Source: Oceanispirochaeta sp. (GTDB lineage: Bacteria > Spirochaetota > Spirochaetia > DSM-2461). Taken from it: 64,000 nucleotides of DNA. Shown piece after piece: positions 47,429 through 56,946 of the stretch. The position numbers and the translations under genes are program-made. Numbering within the stretch: position 1 is the first letter of the stretch; every line of letters starts with the position of its first letter. Where the stretch lies: contig CAXXOA010000002.1 in NCBI GenBank assembly GCA_963666275.2, positions 1,312,001 through 1,376,000 on the forward strand, in the 5' to 3' direction. The notes beneath the pieces are model-generated. The model worked only from the letters and a program-made list of their open reading frames with translations. It did no database searches and had not been told where the DNA came from.

Positions 47429-47500
47429 TGTGTCTACATCTGTGTCTACAGTTTTCGTAGGGCAAATAAAAAAGCCTTACAGATAAACTAAAGTGTCTAC
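47429..47500. repeat. GTGTCTAC direct repeats, putative integrase arm-type sites
   Basis: TGTGTCTACA at 47429 and 47441; GTGTCTAC at 47493. Confidence 0.6.
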
Positions 47501-47512
47501 CTGTAAGGCTTT
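47468..47512 (-). terminator. Terminator/inverted repeat downstream of the tRNA
   Basis: AAAGCCTTACAG / CTGTAAGGCTTT stem with a T-run on the minus strand. Confidence 0.65.
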
Positions 47513-47518
47513 ATGTAG

Positions 47519-47592
47519 TCGGGCTGGCCGGATTTGAACCGGCGACCCCATGTCCCCCAGACATGTACGCTAAACCCCTGCGCTACAGCCCG
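47519..47592 (-). tRNA. tRNA-Pro(GGG)
   Basis: Acceptor stem CGGGCTG/CAGCCCG, anticodon arm CATGT-CTGGGGG-ACATG, T-loop GGTTCAAATCC; CCA not encoded. Confidence 0.97.
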
Positions 47593-47652
47593 TTATTAAA
47601 CGCTCGGAAAAAATAGCATAGGGGCTGAAAATTGTCAATCGATCGGGCAAAT

Positions 47653-49401
47653 TTATTTCTGATCTTCTGATTCCCTGAAGAAAGCGCTGCTGTTTATGAT
47701 CTCATCGTGATGGTTGATAAAGACATCAAGCAGTTCCGGATCAAAAATCTGTCCCTTCTGGCTGATCATATAGGCCAGGGTATCTTCCAGGCTCATGGCT
47801 TTTCTGTAGGGGCGGTCGCATGTGAGGGCGTCATAAATATCCGCCAGAGTAAAAATGCGGGCATAAAGAGGTATCTTCTCTCTTTCCAGGCCTTCGGGAT
47901 ACCCTGTGCCGTCCCATCTCTCATGGTGGTTGAAAATAATCGGAATCGCCGGCTCCAGAAAAGGAATATTCTTGACAGAGTCCCGACCTATTTCGGGGTG
48001 TTTTTTCATGATCTCCCATTCAATTTCACTTAACCCTGAAGTTTTATGAAGGATTCTGTCGGGAATTCCCAGTTTCCCGATATCATGAAGATAGGCTCCC
48101 CGCTGCAGATGCAGCTTGTCATGGTCTGTCAGATTCAGAAGATCGGCTATTTTAAGGGTAATTGCCGCCACGCGGTGACTGTGCCCCTCTGTCTCCACAT
48201 CTCTCAGTTCCAGGATCCGTGCCCAGGCCATAAGGATCTCATCATAGGAATCTTCCAGAATGGTTTTGCTTTTCTGCAGATGTTTTATTAGCTGCTGGTT
48301 GGTTATGGCTCCGGAAAGCTGAAAAAGACTGAGCTGAAGATATTCCAGTTCGATTGAATCCGGTTCTCTTGAAAGGATCAGCTCCAGGAAGCCTTTCTGG
48401 TCGGTTGTATAGAAATGACTGCCGAAATAGATTTCTTCCTCCCGGATATTTTTCATTACTTCAGTTTTATCATCGGTAAAATCCACTTCCTGTTTCTGGA
48501 GCATCAGAAAAGGACCGTTGAAAGAGGGCAGTCTGAAAGGGACTCCTGTCAGATCTTCCGGTTTTGATGTCAGGTAGGAGGAGAAAACGGCGTTCCTGTC
48601 CACCAGGGATATCGCAATGGCATTGATGGGGAGTTCTTCATGAATATTGACCTGCATCTGATTCAGTCTCTCTTTCAGTTCCAGTCTGGTGTCTGAAAGA
48701 TAGTTCCCCATCTGTCTGAGAGATTTGAGCAGCCGGATCTGTTTGGCACTCTCTTCTCTTATTTTTCTCAGGGCGGCATTATTGAGTTTTTCCTTACGGT
48801 AGCGCCTTTCCATACCATCCAGGATCAGACCGATCATCTGGGTAATGAGAACATTCACAAAGAGAATGTTAATGACTATGATCCACCAGATTTCCCTGTA
48901 TTCGGCAATGGGGAAACTCTCCAGTCTGCCTTCCAGGTATAAGATACTGATCACCGACAGGATAATTGTATTGAAGGCAATATGCATAATGCCTTTTTCC
49001 CTGTTGGTATTGATAGCCAGATACACATAGGACACGGCCAGAAAGAGGAGTCCCGCTCCGTAGGGGCCTGTTGTAATGAGCAGGAGGATTCCCACGGTAT
49101 AAATGATTTTGCCCAGAACGATCATTCTCACCCTGTAACTGATCGGTCTGAGCAGGCCTATGCTCACAAGGAAAATGTAGAAAAGGACCAGCGAGATCCC
49201 CAGAGGGGTTTTTCCCTCTCTGTAGAACTGCATGGCTCCTGTTATGGTTGCAATCAGACCGGGAACCATGATGGTCAGTATCATGGAGATGAAAATAGTC
49301 TGCTGCCAGTACAGAAGTGTATCCCAGCGCCCGGTATCCTCCGGGCGTATCATGATTTTTCGTGAGCGGGATAAAATAGAGTAAATCAGCTTTTTCTTCA
49401 T
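47653..49401 (-). CDS. Membrane-anchored HD-GYP cyclic dinucleotide phosphodiesterase
   Basis: N-terminal TM bundle; TEGHS.RV, LHDIGK, HHERWDGTGYP, DRPYRK. Confidence 0.9.
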   Translation of the reverse strand: MKKKLIYSILSRSRKIMIRPEDTGRWDTLLYWQQTIFISMILTIMVPGLIATITGAMQFYREGKTPLGISLVLFYIFLVSIGLLRPISYRVRMIVLGKIIYTVGILLLITTGPYGAGLLFLAVSYVYLAINTNREKGIMHIAFNTIILSVISILYLEGRLESFPIAEYREIWWIIVINILFVNVLITQMIGLILDGMERRYRKEKLNNAALRKIREESAKQIRLLKSLRQMGNYLSDTRLELKERLNQMQVNIHEELPINAIAISLVDRNAVFSSYLTSKPEDLTGVPFRLPSFNGPFLMLQKQEVDFTDDKTEVMKNIREEEIYFGSHFYTTDQKGFLELILSREPDSIELEYLQLSLFQLSGAITNQQLIKHLQKSKTILEDSYDEILMAWARILELRDVETEGHSHRVAAITLKIADLLNLTDHDKLHLQRGAYLHDIGKLGIPDRILHKTSGLSEIEWEIMKKHPEIGRDSVKNIPFLEPAIPIIFNHHERWDGTGYPEGLEREKIPLYARIFTLADIYDALTCDRPYRKAMSLEDTLAYMISQKGQIFDPELLDVFINHHDEIINSSAFFRESEDQK

Positions 49402-49473
49402 GGGTTAATACTTTACCATCCGTTTTCTAAAGCATAGGACCCCGTATCAGCTAATTCAAGTCAGATTGGTAAA

Positions 49474-50700
49474 TTATCTCCCGGACTTTTTACGAAGAAT
49501 ATAGCCCTCTTTTACAGCCACTCCCGGTTTAATAAAGCAGGGCTTTCCATGGTCGATTTTGGACAATTCATTCCCTTCGGGATCGTAAAGAGTAAAGTCA
49601 CTGTCGGCTATGTAGAGAAGATCCGGGCCGATATACTCCAGTTCCTCTCCGGAAAATATCTGGTTTTTCACATCCAGTTCGTAGAGTCCGTTTTCTGAGA
49701 ATTTTCCTATGGAACCCAGGAACTTGTACTGGGCCGCTTCGGGTTTCTCTGCAGACTCTTCTATTTCCTCCCGGCCATAGTAGAACCCGGTGGAAAACTT
49801 CCGGTGACTCACTTTGGAAATCTCTTCCTTGAATCCTTCCAGATCGGGCACATCAATCCCCTGAAGAGAGTCGATCATCTTTCTGTAGGCTCTGGTGACA
49901 ACGGCGGTGTAGTAGATGGATTTCATACGGCCCTCAATTTTCAGAGAGTCCACACCCGCATTTTTAAGATCCTGAATGTGATCAATCATACAGATATCCT
50001 TGCTGGACAGGATAGAGGTAAAACCCTCTCCTTCGTAGATCGGATAGTATTCGCCCGGTCTCTGTTCCTCTTCCAGAACCATCTCGGTGTTGGCGGGGCC
50101 TTCCAGTGGGCGGAAATCCCAGCGGCAGGAATGGGCACAGCTGCCGTCATTGGCGCTGCGGTCAATCATCCACCGGCTTAAGAAGCAGCGGCCCGAGTAG
50201 GCCAGGCACATGGCGCCGTGCACAAAGGTTTCCAGCTGGACATCGGGTACGGCCAGGCGGATCTCCTCAATTTCTCTCAGAGAGCACTCTCTACCCAGAA
50301 TGATCCGGGAGAAACCCAGGTCCCTGTAGAATTTGACCGATTCCGCATTCAGGGAGTTCGCCTGTGTGCTCAGGTGAAGATCTCTTCCGGGAAAGTGTTT
50401 CTGGAGGGTTCTTACAATACCCATATCACTGATGATAAAAGCGTCAAAAGGGTAGGCCTGGAAGGACTCCAGGGACTGTTCAAGACGTTTGATATCATTG
50501 TTGTGAAAATATATATTCAGGGCGCAAAAGAGTTTTTTATCGCCTTTGATCGCTGCTATTTCGGCGGCTTCGTCCCGTCCGAAATTGTCTGCCTTTGCTC
50601 TGAGGGAGAAACTGTGCAGGCCGATATAGGCGGCATCTGCTCCGTAACTGTAGGCATATTTGAGTTTTTCCACATTTCCTGCGGGTGCTAATAATTCCAT
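49474..50700 (-). CDS. Peptidase U32 family protein (TrhP/YegQ-like tRNA hydroxylation protein)
   Basis: ELLAPAG, HLSTQAN, ETFVHGAMCLAYSGRC, CAHSCR, SLKIEGRMKS. Confidence 0.88.
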   Translation of the reverse strand: MELLAPAGNVEKLKYAYSYGADAAYIGLHSFSLRAKADNFGRDEAAEIAAIKGDKKLFCALNIYFHNNDIKRLEQSLESFQAYPFDAFIISDMGIVRTLQKHFPGRDLHLSTQANSLNAESVKFYRDLGFSRIILGRECSLREIEEIRLAVPDVQLETFVHGAMCLAYSGRCFLSRWMIDRSANDGSCAHSCRWDFRPLEGPANTEMVLEEEQRPGEYYPIYEGEGFTSILSSKDICMIDHIQDLKNAGVDSLKIEGRMKSIYYTAVVTRAYRKMIDSLQGIDVPDLEGFKEEISKVSHRKFSTGFYYGREEIEESAEKPEAAQYKFLGSIGKFSENGLYELDVKNQIFSGEELEYIGPDLLYIADSDFTLYDPEGNELSKIDHGKPCFIKPGVAVKEGYILRKKSGR

Positions 50701-50843
50701 GATTCCCCATTATGAATAAAAGGCGCCTCAGGTCAACACTTGCCGGGGGAGTTTGGAGGAATTTCCTCCCCGGGGAGAGGTCCGGGAGGTTCCGGATGTT
50801 GCAATCAATGTGAGGAATTGTATACTGAGACAGGAGAGGTCCT

Positions 50844-51926
50844 ATGAAAGAGAATACGATCCTTGGCTGGTTCGGAGAAGATCCCCATGAAGCGGGAAGA
50901 AAACTGATGGAAGCATCCAGGCAGTGGGAGATCTGGGGTAAAGACGATCTCATCGGTCTGAAACCGAATCTCATCCTGGCTAGAGAGGCTTCTTCGGGAG
51001 CCACAACACATCCCGAGTTTGCTGCTGGCGTAATCGAGTTTCTGCAGGAGAAAGGATTCTCGAATCTGATGATCTTGGAGGGGTCCTGGGTGGGGGACAG
51101 AACTGAAAAAGCTTTCCGGGTCTGCGGTTATACAGCTCTCTCTGAAAAATACGGCATTCCCCTGGTGGATACCCAGAAGGATGAATCTGTCCTCTGTCAG
51201 GCAACAAATGGAGAATACAGGATTTGCCGGTCGGTCCTGGAGCTGGACCGGCTGATTAATATGCCTGTTCTGAAAGGACACTGCCAGACCTCTGTCACCT
51301 GTGCTCTTAAAAATCTCAAGGGCTGTATTCCCGATAGCGAGAAAAGACGATTTCATAGATTGGGACTCCATCAGCCCATCGCCGATCTGAATGAGATCCT
51401 CAGGCCGGATCTGATTCTGGTAGACGGGCTGGAGGGGGATCCTGATTTTGAAGAGGGTGGAAATCCTCTGAAAATGAATATCTTTCTGGCCGGTATTGAT
51501 CCGGTTCTAATGGACAGCTATGTGACCGGACTGCTGGGCCTCAGAACAGAACATGTTCCCTATATAGGCAAGGCTGCCGCCCTGGGAGTGGGAACGCCCT
51601 GGTCGGAGGATTCTGTCATTACCTATCTGAATAAAGGAGAGGGTGTGGCAGGGATTGAAAGGACAGCCCAGGCTGACCGTCTCGGCGGGTATATCCGCGA
51701 GAAGAGCGCCTGCAGCGCCTGTTATGCCTCCCTTATGCAGGCACTGAATATTCTTGAAGGAGAAGGACATCTTCCGTCAGAACCAGTTTTTATCGGTCAG
51801 GGGTACAGGGGACAGACTCCCCGGGGACTCGGTATCGGGGTCTGTCTGAGAGGCGCTTCCGCATCGGTACCAGGATGTCCTCCGAAAGTAGAGGATATTG
51901 TAGCTTTTTTACGAAATAACGGTTAA
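50844..51926 (+). CDS. DUF362 domain Fe-S protein
   Basis: LKPNL, TTHP, INMPVLKGH, ALKNLKG, DPV..D; C-terminal CSAC...C...GCPP. Confidence 0.85.
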   Translation: MKENTILGWFGEDPHEAGRKLMEASRQWEIWGKDDLIGLKPNLILAREASSGATTHPEFAAGVIEFLQEKGFSNLMILEGSWVGDRTEKAFRVCGYTALSEKYGIPLVDTQKDESVLCQATNGEYRICRSVLELDRLINMPVLKGHCQTSVTCALKNLKGCIPDSEKRRFHRLGLHQPIADLNEILRPDLILVDGLEGDPDFEEGGNPLKMNIFLAGIDPVLMDSYVTGLLGLRTEHVPYIGKAAALGVGTPWSEDSVITYLNKGEGVAGIERTAQADRLGGYIREKSACSACYASLMQALNILEGEGHLPSEPVFIGQGYRGQTPRGLGIGVCLRGASASVPGCPPKVEDIVAFLRNNG

Positions 51927-51948
51927 TTAACAAAAAAAATATATTCTT

Positions 51949-51975
51949 TAACTTTTTTTTAATAATGACCGATGT
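51949..51975 (+). promoter_or_regulatory. Putative sigma28 (FliA) promoter
   Basis: TAAC-N15-ACCGATGT versus consensus TAAA-N15-GCCGATAA. Confidence 0.5.
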
Positions 51976-51982
51976 ATATTAT

Positions 51983-52098
51983 AGACATAGTTTAACGAAA
52001 TTATTTCGGTCGGCCAGAGGTGATCATCAACGGATCCAAATAACACCGGCTGAGATTCTATAGACAAACCCCGGGACACTGAAGCGGGGTTTCTTTAT
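51983..52098 (+). ncRNA. Candidate small RNA
   Basis: About 115 nt with no credible ORF between the promoter and an AAACCCCG/CGGGGTTT terminator (52066-52092); internal stems present. Confidence 0.4.
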
Positions 52099-52126
52099 GC
52101 CCATTTGAAAAATCAGAATCCATGAA

Positions 52127-52522
52127 TCAGGTAATATTCCTCACAATCCAGAGGACCCGTTCCAGGGGCATCTCTTTTTTCTGTCTGAAGGGAATAATGG
52201 TGGAGTGGAATTTCTGCACTTCCTGTGGACCGTCGGGAGCTGCATTGAAGAAGTCGCTGTTTACCAGTTCGTACTCTTTTTCCATGATCGACTCACTCCG
52301 GATGACTTCATCTATCAGGGACTGGAAAAAGTCGGCTTTCTCCTTCTTTAAAACCTGGTGGTAACTTTTTCCTATCAGACGGCTGCCGTCGGCAAAGAGT
52401 TTCCTGTTGGTCCCTCCCAGAAGGGAGAGATACTCACCCTCTCTGCTCATGACAAAAACGATACTCCTGTCGGACTCCAGTTCTTCCAGGACCCTTTGCT
52501 GGTATTCCGGGGGCAGATCCAT
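52127..52522 (-). CDS. Stand-alone PAS domain protein
   Basis: VFVMSREGEY, LIGKS, VLWIVRNIT; RBS AAGGAGG. Confidence 0.75.
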   Translation of the reverse strand: MDLPPEYQQRVLEELESDRSIVFVMSREGEYLSLLGGTNRKLFADGSRLIGKSYHQVLKKEKADFFQSLIDEVIRSESIMEKEYELVNSDFFNAAPDGPQEVQKFHSTIIPFRQKKEMPLERVLWIVRNIT

Positions 52523-52732
52523 AGTTCCTCCTTTTCAGTGCATAATAGAACAGTTGCAGAAACAGGTACCTGGACTCCCCGGCAATCAGTTCACGGTCAA
52601 ACCCCTGAACTCAAAACTTTCCTGTCTGCCATTGAGTTTCCGTCTACCTAATCTTCTTAAAAACAATTCTAAGCTCTTCGGGAAGGCAATTCAAAACTTC
52701 CCGGGAAATCAGGACATTACTGATTGCTCATT

Positions 52733-55042
52733 TCAGAACAGATCCAGCTGCCTTCCGTAGAATATTTCATCAAAATGGAGGCCCATGTAGGGGAGCACCG
52801 CTTCCGCCAGGGGGCGGAGCTGTTTTTCTATGTAGTGTTCATAATCTGGTACTGCTCCCTCTGCCGGAAGAGGACTGGGGCCCTCCAATGTCATTATATA
52901 CCGGATCTCCCGGATGTTTTTCCTTTTTTCCGGTGGCAGAAGCATGGCGGCTTTGACATGGGGAGGGATATGGGTGGTGTAGTTTTCCGGAGCCTTACTC
53001 AGGCCCTTCTTATAAACAAGCTCTTCATCCATACGGCCCTCTTTCAGATCTTCTACGAATTGTTTGATCCACTGGGCCGCATCCTCTTTGTGAAAGAAGT
53101 GACGGTACAGTTCGTACTGGAAGTTCCGGGCCAGTTCGGTCCAGTCGGAACGGACGTATTCCATACCTGTAAACTCCAGGGTATCCACTCCGCCTTTTCT
53201 CAGCATTCCGGCATAGCGTTTTCTGGCGCCGGTTTCGGTACCACGCAGGGGGGGGAGAAAGAAACTGCTGTAGTGCTTCTCGTACTCGATTTCAAGATGG
53301 GAGAAAACTCCCGACTCTTCGGTTATTTTCATCTCCATAAAATGGTTTATCTTCTCTGTGAGTCTGCGGCCCGACTCTTCGGGGTTCCGGATCTCCTGCT
53401 CCTTCAGGCAGACAAAAACCGAATCCGTATCGCCGTAGATCACCTTGTAACCTTCATTTTTCAGCCAGTTCACTGTCTGTTTGAGAACCCACTGCCCTGT
53501 TTCCGTGATGGCTTTGGGGAGGTGGGGATGGTAGAAGCGGCAGCCTGTTGTGCCCATGGCGCCGTAGAAGCTGTTCATCAGGATCTTTACAGCCTGGGCG
53601 AGCTGGGTGTTGTTCTGCTCTTTTGCCTCTTTCCTTTTTTCCATCAGATGGGTCAGAAACTCAGGCAGGATCGATTCGGTCCGGGAGAAGCTGTGTCCCG
53701 ATGGGGTGGTTATGGTATTCTCTCTGCGTTCCAGCAGGGCCAGAGGATCAATATGAAAGGTCAGAATCACCGTGGGATAGAGGCTTTTAAAGTCCAGAAC
53801 CGCCACATGGTCGTACCGGCCCGGTTCCTGGGAGAATACATAGCCTCCGGGGGCACTCTCTCCCTCGCTGATATCCGCCACATCCGGGGCCACATAGCCT
53901 TTCCGGTGAAGCCGGGGAAGATAGAAGTGATCAAAAGCCGCTATGGTTCTGTTCACCTGATCCAGAGGCAGCCCCGTCAGTTCCCGCCGGGCGCAGATAA
54001 GATCCAGCAGATTTGTTTTCTTTATGATATCACTGACAAGGCGGCAGTCTTCCAGATTGTACCGGGCCAGGGCGGCGGGATCTTCTTTGTAGCGCCGCTC
54101 GATTTCCGCCACCTTGTCTTCTTCGCTGGAGATATCCTTGCCCCGGTTCAGAACTTCCTGAGCCACAGTTTCGAGCTTGAAGTTTTCGAATTTGAAGAAG
54201 TTCTGCTTCATTGTCTGGAGGCTGTCTACTATCTGGCGGCCCCGGGTTTCGGCCGCATAGAATCCCCCCCGGTTCTCTTTGATCTTTAAAGGCTGGTCCT
54301 GCCGTCCCAGGTTGAAGGGGATGCCGTAATGAAGGAACCGTTCGCTCAGGAATTTCAGATCAAATCCGATCACATGCCAGCCTGTGATGACATCGGGGTC
54401 CCATTTCTTTATCCACAGGGCAAAGGCCTGCAGGGTTCCCTGTTCTCCCCGGCAGTACTGGATCTCTCCGTTTCCCCCGTTGTGATCAGAGTGGAGGAGA
54501 ACTTTTGAGAACTCTTCAATGATGCAGTTATACCCTGTGCCGTGCATGGCAATGGAGTAGACCTGTCCGTTCTGTCCCGTCTCTATATCCAGAGAGAGGA
54601 CCCGGAAGGCCGGCTCCTCCCTGGCCGCCTGCAGCTGGGGGTCGAAATAGACAGGCCCCTGGGGCGTCTGTCTGACCGGTCCTGTCCATTCTATGCCGCT
54701 GTTGATGAAGCGTTCCATCAGGTATCGGTCGGAAGGGTAGATATCCGATTCAAAAACCCTGAATCCCTTTGCTCTGAGGGTATCTCTGGCCTGATAGTAG
54801 TGATGGAGGCTTTCGAAATAGAGGGCATCCACGGCTTCCCCGTCAAAGGACGTCAGTTTTAAAGGGCGGCGTCCCAGGAACTCAATGCCATGGGGTGTCT
54901 GTTTTGAGGGAATAAAAAAGACGGGGTTGTTATCTGTAACAATAATGGTGAATGGGCCTTCCGGGCCGGTGCCGGATAGAATAATACGGTGCTTCCCGTT
55001 GCTGTCCTGGCTTTCGCAGGTTAGTACATACCCTCGATGCAT
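52733..55042 (-). CDS. polB: DNA polymerase II (family B)
   Basis: Exonuclease LDIET, polymerase DFKSLYP, KILMNSFYG, YGDTDS; C-terminal clamp-binding QLDLF. Confidence 0.95.
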   Translation of the reverse strand: MHRGYVLTCESQDSNGKHRIILSGTGPEGPFTIIVTDNNPVFFIPSKQTPHGIEFLGRRPLKLTSFDGEAVDALYFESLHHYYQARDTLRAKGFRVFESDIYPSDRYLMERFINSGIEWTGPVRQTPQGPVYFDPQLQAAREEPAFRVLSLDIETGQNGQVYSIAMHGTGYNCIIEEFSKVLLHSDHNGGNGEIQYCRGEQGTLQAFALWIKKWDPDVITGWHVIGFDLKFLSERFLHYGIPFNLGRQDQPLKIKENRGGFYAAETRGRQIVDSLQTMKQNFFKFENFKLETVAQEVLNRGKDISSEEDKVAEIERRYKEDPAALARYNLEDCRLVSDIIKKTNLLDLICARRELTGLPLDQVNRTIAAFDHFYLPRLHRKGYVAPDVADISEGESAPGGYVFSQEPGRYDHVAVLDFKSLYPTVILTFHIDPLALLERRENTITTPSGHSFSRTESILPEFLTHLMEKRKEAKEQNNTQLAQAVKILMNSFYGAMGTTGCRFYHPHLPKAITETGQWVLKQTVNWLKNEGYKVIYGDTDSVFVCLKEQEIRNPEESGRRLTEKINHFMEMKITEESGVFSHLEIEYEKHYSSFFLPPLRGTETGARKRYAGMLRKGGVDTLEFTGMEYVRSDWTELARNFQYELYRHFFHKEDAAQWIKQFVEDLKEGRMDEELVYKKGLSKAPENYTTHIPPHVKAAMLLPPEKRKNIREIRYIMTLEGPSPLPAEGAVPDYEHYIEKQLRPLAEAVLPYMGLHFDEIFYGRQLDLF

Positions 55043-55183
55043 AAAGCTCTCCAATTCTGTATTTCGGACTTTTCCCGAAAATCCTTATGTATTCCCGATT
55101 ATATGGAATTTCCGCCAAATAAGCAAAAAACAGCCTATCTGGAGGATATCCTATACTTTCGGTACCAGAAAACAGGCCTCACA

Positions 55184-55221
55184 CCCTTCTCCTTTGGGAG
55201 AGAGGGGCAGGGGGGAAAGGG
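55184..55221 (-). repeat. BoxC-like extragenic palindromic element
   Basis: Minus strand CCCTTTCCCCCCTGCCCCTCTCTCCCAAAGGAGAAGGG: pyrimidine tail plus imperfect hairpin. Confidence 0.5.
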
Positions 55222-55350
55222 CTTAGGAGATAAAAACAGAACGATCAGGCCTTTCCTCTCTTTCCGCTGTTTCTGCTGGAATATTACGGGTGGCCTTGGA
55301 GCCTGTTATGGAGTACAATCATCGGGTGAATTCTTTAGGGAGTTATACTC

Positions 55351-56946
55351 ATGCATCAATTTAATAGATTAAAACCCTGGCAGACCGAACTTCTGCTGCT
55401 CCTGTCGGGAGCTCTTCTCTTTGCCCTCTCTTTTCCCAGCTTTGCCTACCGGTGGGGTTTCGGATTTCTGGGATTTATAAGTCTGGTTCCCATGTTCCTT
55501 CTCATACGAAGAAGCGGATTCGGAAAGAGTGCTGTTTACGGTTTTCTTTACGGTTATATTGCCTATTCTCTCTTCAACTTCTGGCTGGCCAAATTCAACC
55601 CTGTCTCCTTTGTGGTTGTTCCCATGATCTATGCGGTCTATTTTCTGTTCTGGTTCCCTGTTTTTAAATGGGCCGACAGAACCTTTCCCCGCTGGGGATA
55701 CCTGGTACAGCTGATTTTCTGGCTGGCTTATGAGATCTTCCGGGTCCAGGGATTCCTGGGCTACTCCTACGGTATTCTGGGTTACTCCCAGTACAGGTTT
55801 ACCTCTCTGATCGGGATTGCCGATCTCACAGGAGTTCTGGGTGTTTCCTGTCTGGTGGTTTTTCCCTCCCTGTGGATCGCCCGGTTTCTCAGCTTCAGGA
55901 TCGAAGAGGGCGCCGGCTGGGCGGCACTCAAAAAAGCCCGGTTTCTGACTCTGCCCGCAGCTGTCTACATCCTTGTGTTTGCAGCCAGTCTGGGGTACAG
56001 CACTCTGAACAGGGTCGACTATACGGAGACCCCCGTCTGGAGGACCTCCCTGATCCAGCACGATATCAATGCCTGGCGTTCGGGCATGTCCGTGTACCGG
56101 GAGGCTCTGACAAAATTGAAAGAGGTTTCCCTGGATGCGATCAAAGAGGAGCCCGATACGGTTATCTGGTCGGAAACAGCCTTTGTCCCCAGTATAAGAT
56201 GGCACGATCGCCGGAGAGAAGAGCGGGACAAGTATGAACTGGTTCAGGATCTGAAAGATTTTCTGAGCCGTCAGGAAGCCTCTTTTATAATAGGAAACAA
56301 TGACATTGTCGAGATTGCAGGGGAGCGGGAAAGCTATAACGCTGTTCTGGTTTTTGACAAAGAGGAAATTGTAGATACCTACCATAAAATCCATCTGGTA
56401 CCCTTTGGAGAGCACTTCCCCTACGAAAAGCTGTTCCCCCGGTTCTATAAGTATATTCTCAATAACGGGGCCACTTTCTATATCCACGGGGATGAATACA
56501 CCATCTTCGATATGGGTAAAGCCAAGGCCTCTCCTCTGATCTGTTTTGAAGATACCTTCGGGTATCTGTCCCGGAATTTTGTCCGCCAGGGGGCTCAGGT
56601 CCTGGTCAATGTGACCAACGACTCCTGGTCTCCCGCCCAGGCCTGTTCCATTCAGCACGTGGGTATGGCCGTTTTCCGCAGCGTGGAAAACAGACGATCC
56701 ATGGTGCGGGCCACCAACGGCGGTTTTACCTGTCTCATCGATCCCAACGGAAAGATTGTAGACTGGCTGGAACCTTTTTCGGCGGATCATCTGACTGTGG
56801 ATGTCCCTGTGTATGATGAAAGGGAGACCCTCTACACGGCCACACCCTTTCTGTTTGACCGGTTTATAATGATCTCATCGGTATTGATGGGAGTTGTTAT
56901 GCTGATTCTGACAATTCTAAAGGCAAGGAGAGCGGGTAATGAGTAA
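55351..56946 (+). CDS. lnt: Apolipoprotein N-acyltransferase
   Basis: TM region plus nitrilase triad: WSET, KIHLVPFGE, ICFE; TNDSW, RSVENRR. Confidence 0.93.
   Translation: MHQFNRLKPWQTELLLLLSGALLFALSFPSFAYRWGFGFLGFISLVPMFLLIRRSGFGKSAVYGFLYGYIAYSLFNFWLAKFNPVSFVVVPMIYAVYFLFWFPVFKWADRTFPRWGYLVQLIFWLAYEIFRVQGFLGYSYGILGYSQYRFTSLIGIADLTGVLGVSCLVVFPSLWIARFLSFRIEEGAGWAALKKARFLTLPAAVYILVFAASLGYSTLNRVDYTETPVWRTSLIQHDINAWRSGMSVYREALTKLKEVSLDAIKEEPDTVIWSETAFVPSIRWHDRRREERDKYELVQDLKDFLSRQEASFIIGNNDIVEIAGERESYNAVLVFDKEEIVDTYHKIHLVPFGEHFPYEKLFPRFYKYILNNGATFYIHGDEYTIFDMGKAKASPLICFEDTFGYLSRNFVRQGAQVLVNVTNDSWSPAQACSIQHVGMAVFRSVENRRSMVRATNGGFTCLIDPNGKIVDWLEPFSADHLTVDVPVYDERETLYTATPFLFDRFIMISSVLMGVVMLILTILKARRAGNE

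Larger units (their letters stand above)
15200..47518. mobile_element. Mosaic genomic island integrated at tRNA-Pro (left boundary uncertain)
   Basis: Integrase abuts the tRNA 3' end; two ISs, gene fragments and visibly AT-rich blocks. No distal tRNA-fragment repeat found by eye. Confidence 0.55.

Noticed and set aside
52724..54289. 521-aa plus-strand ORF
   Set aside because: Antisense shadow of polB; no recognisable motifs.
55369..56790. 473-aa minus-strand ORF (likewise 12915-14039, 58614-59576, 59822-60994, 62741-63505)
   Set aside because: Each lies opposite a well-supported gene and is explained by codon bias.
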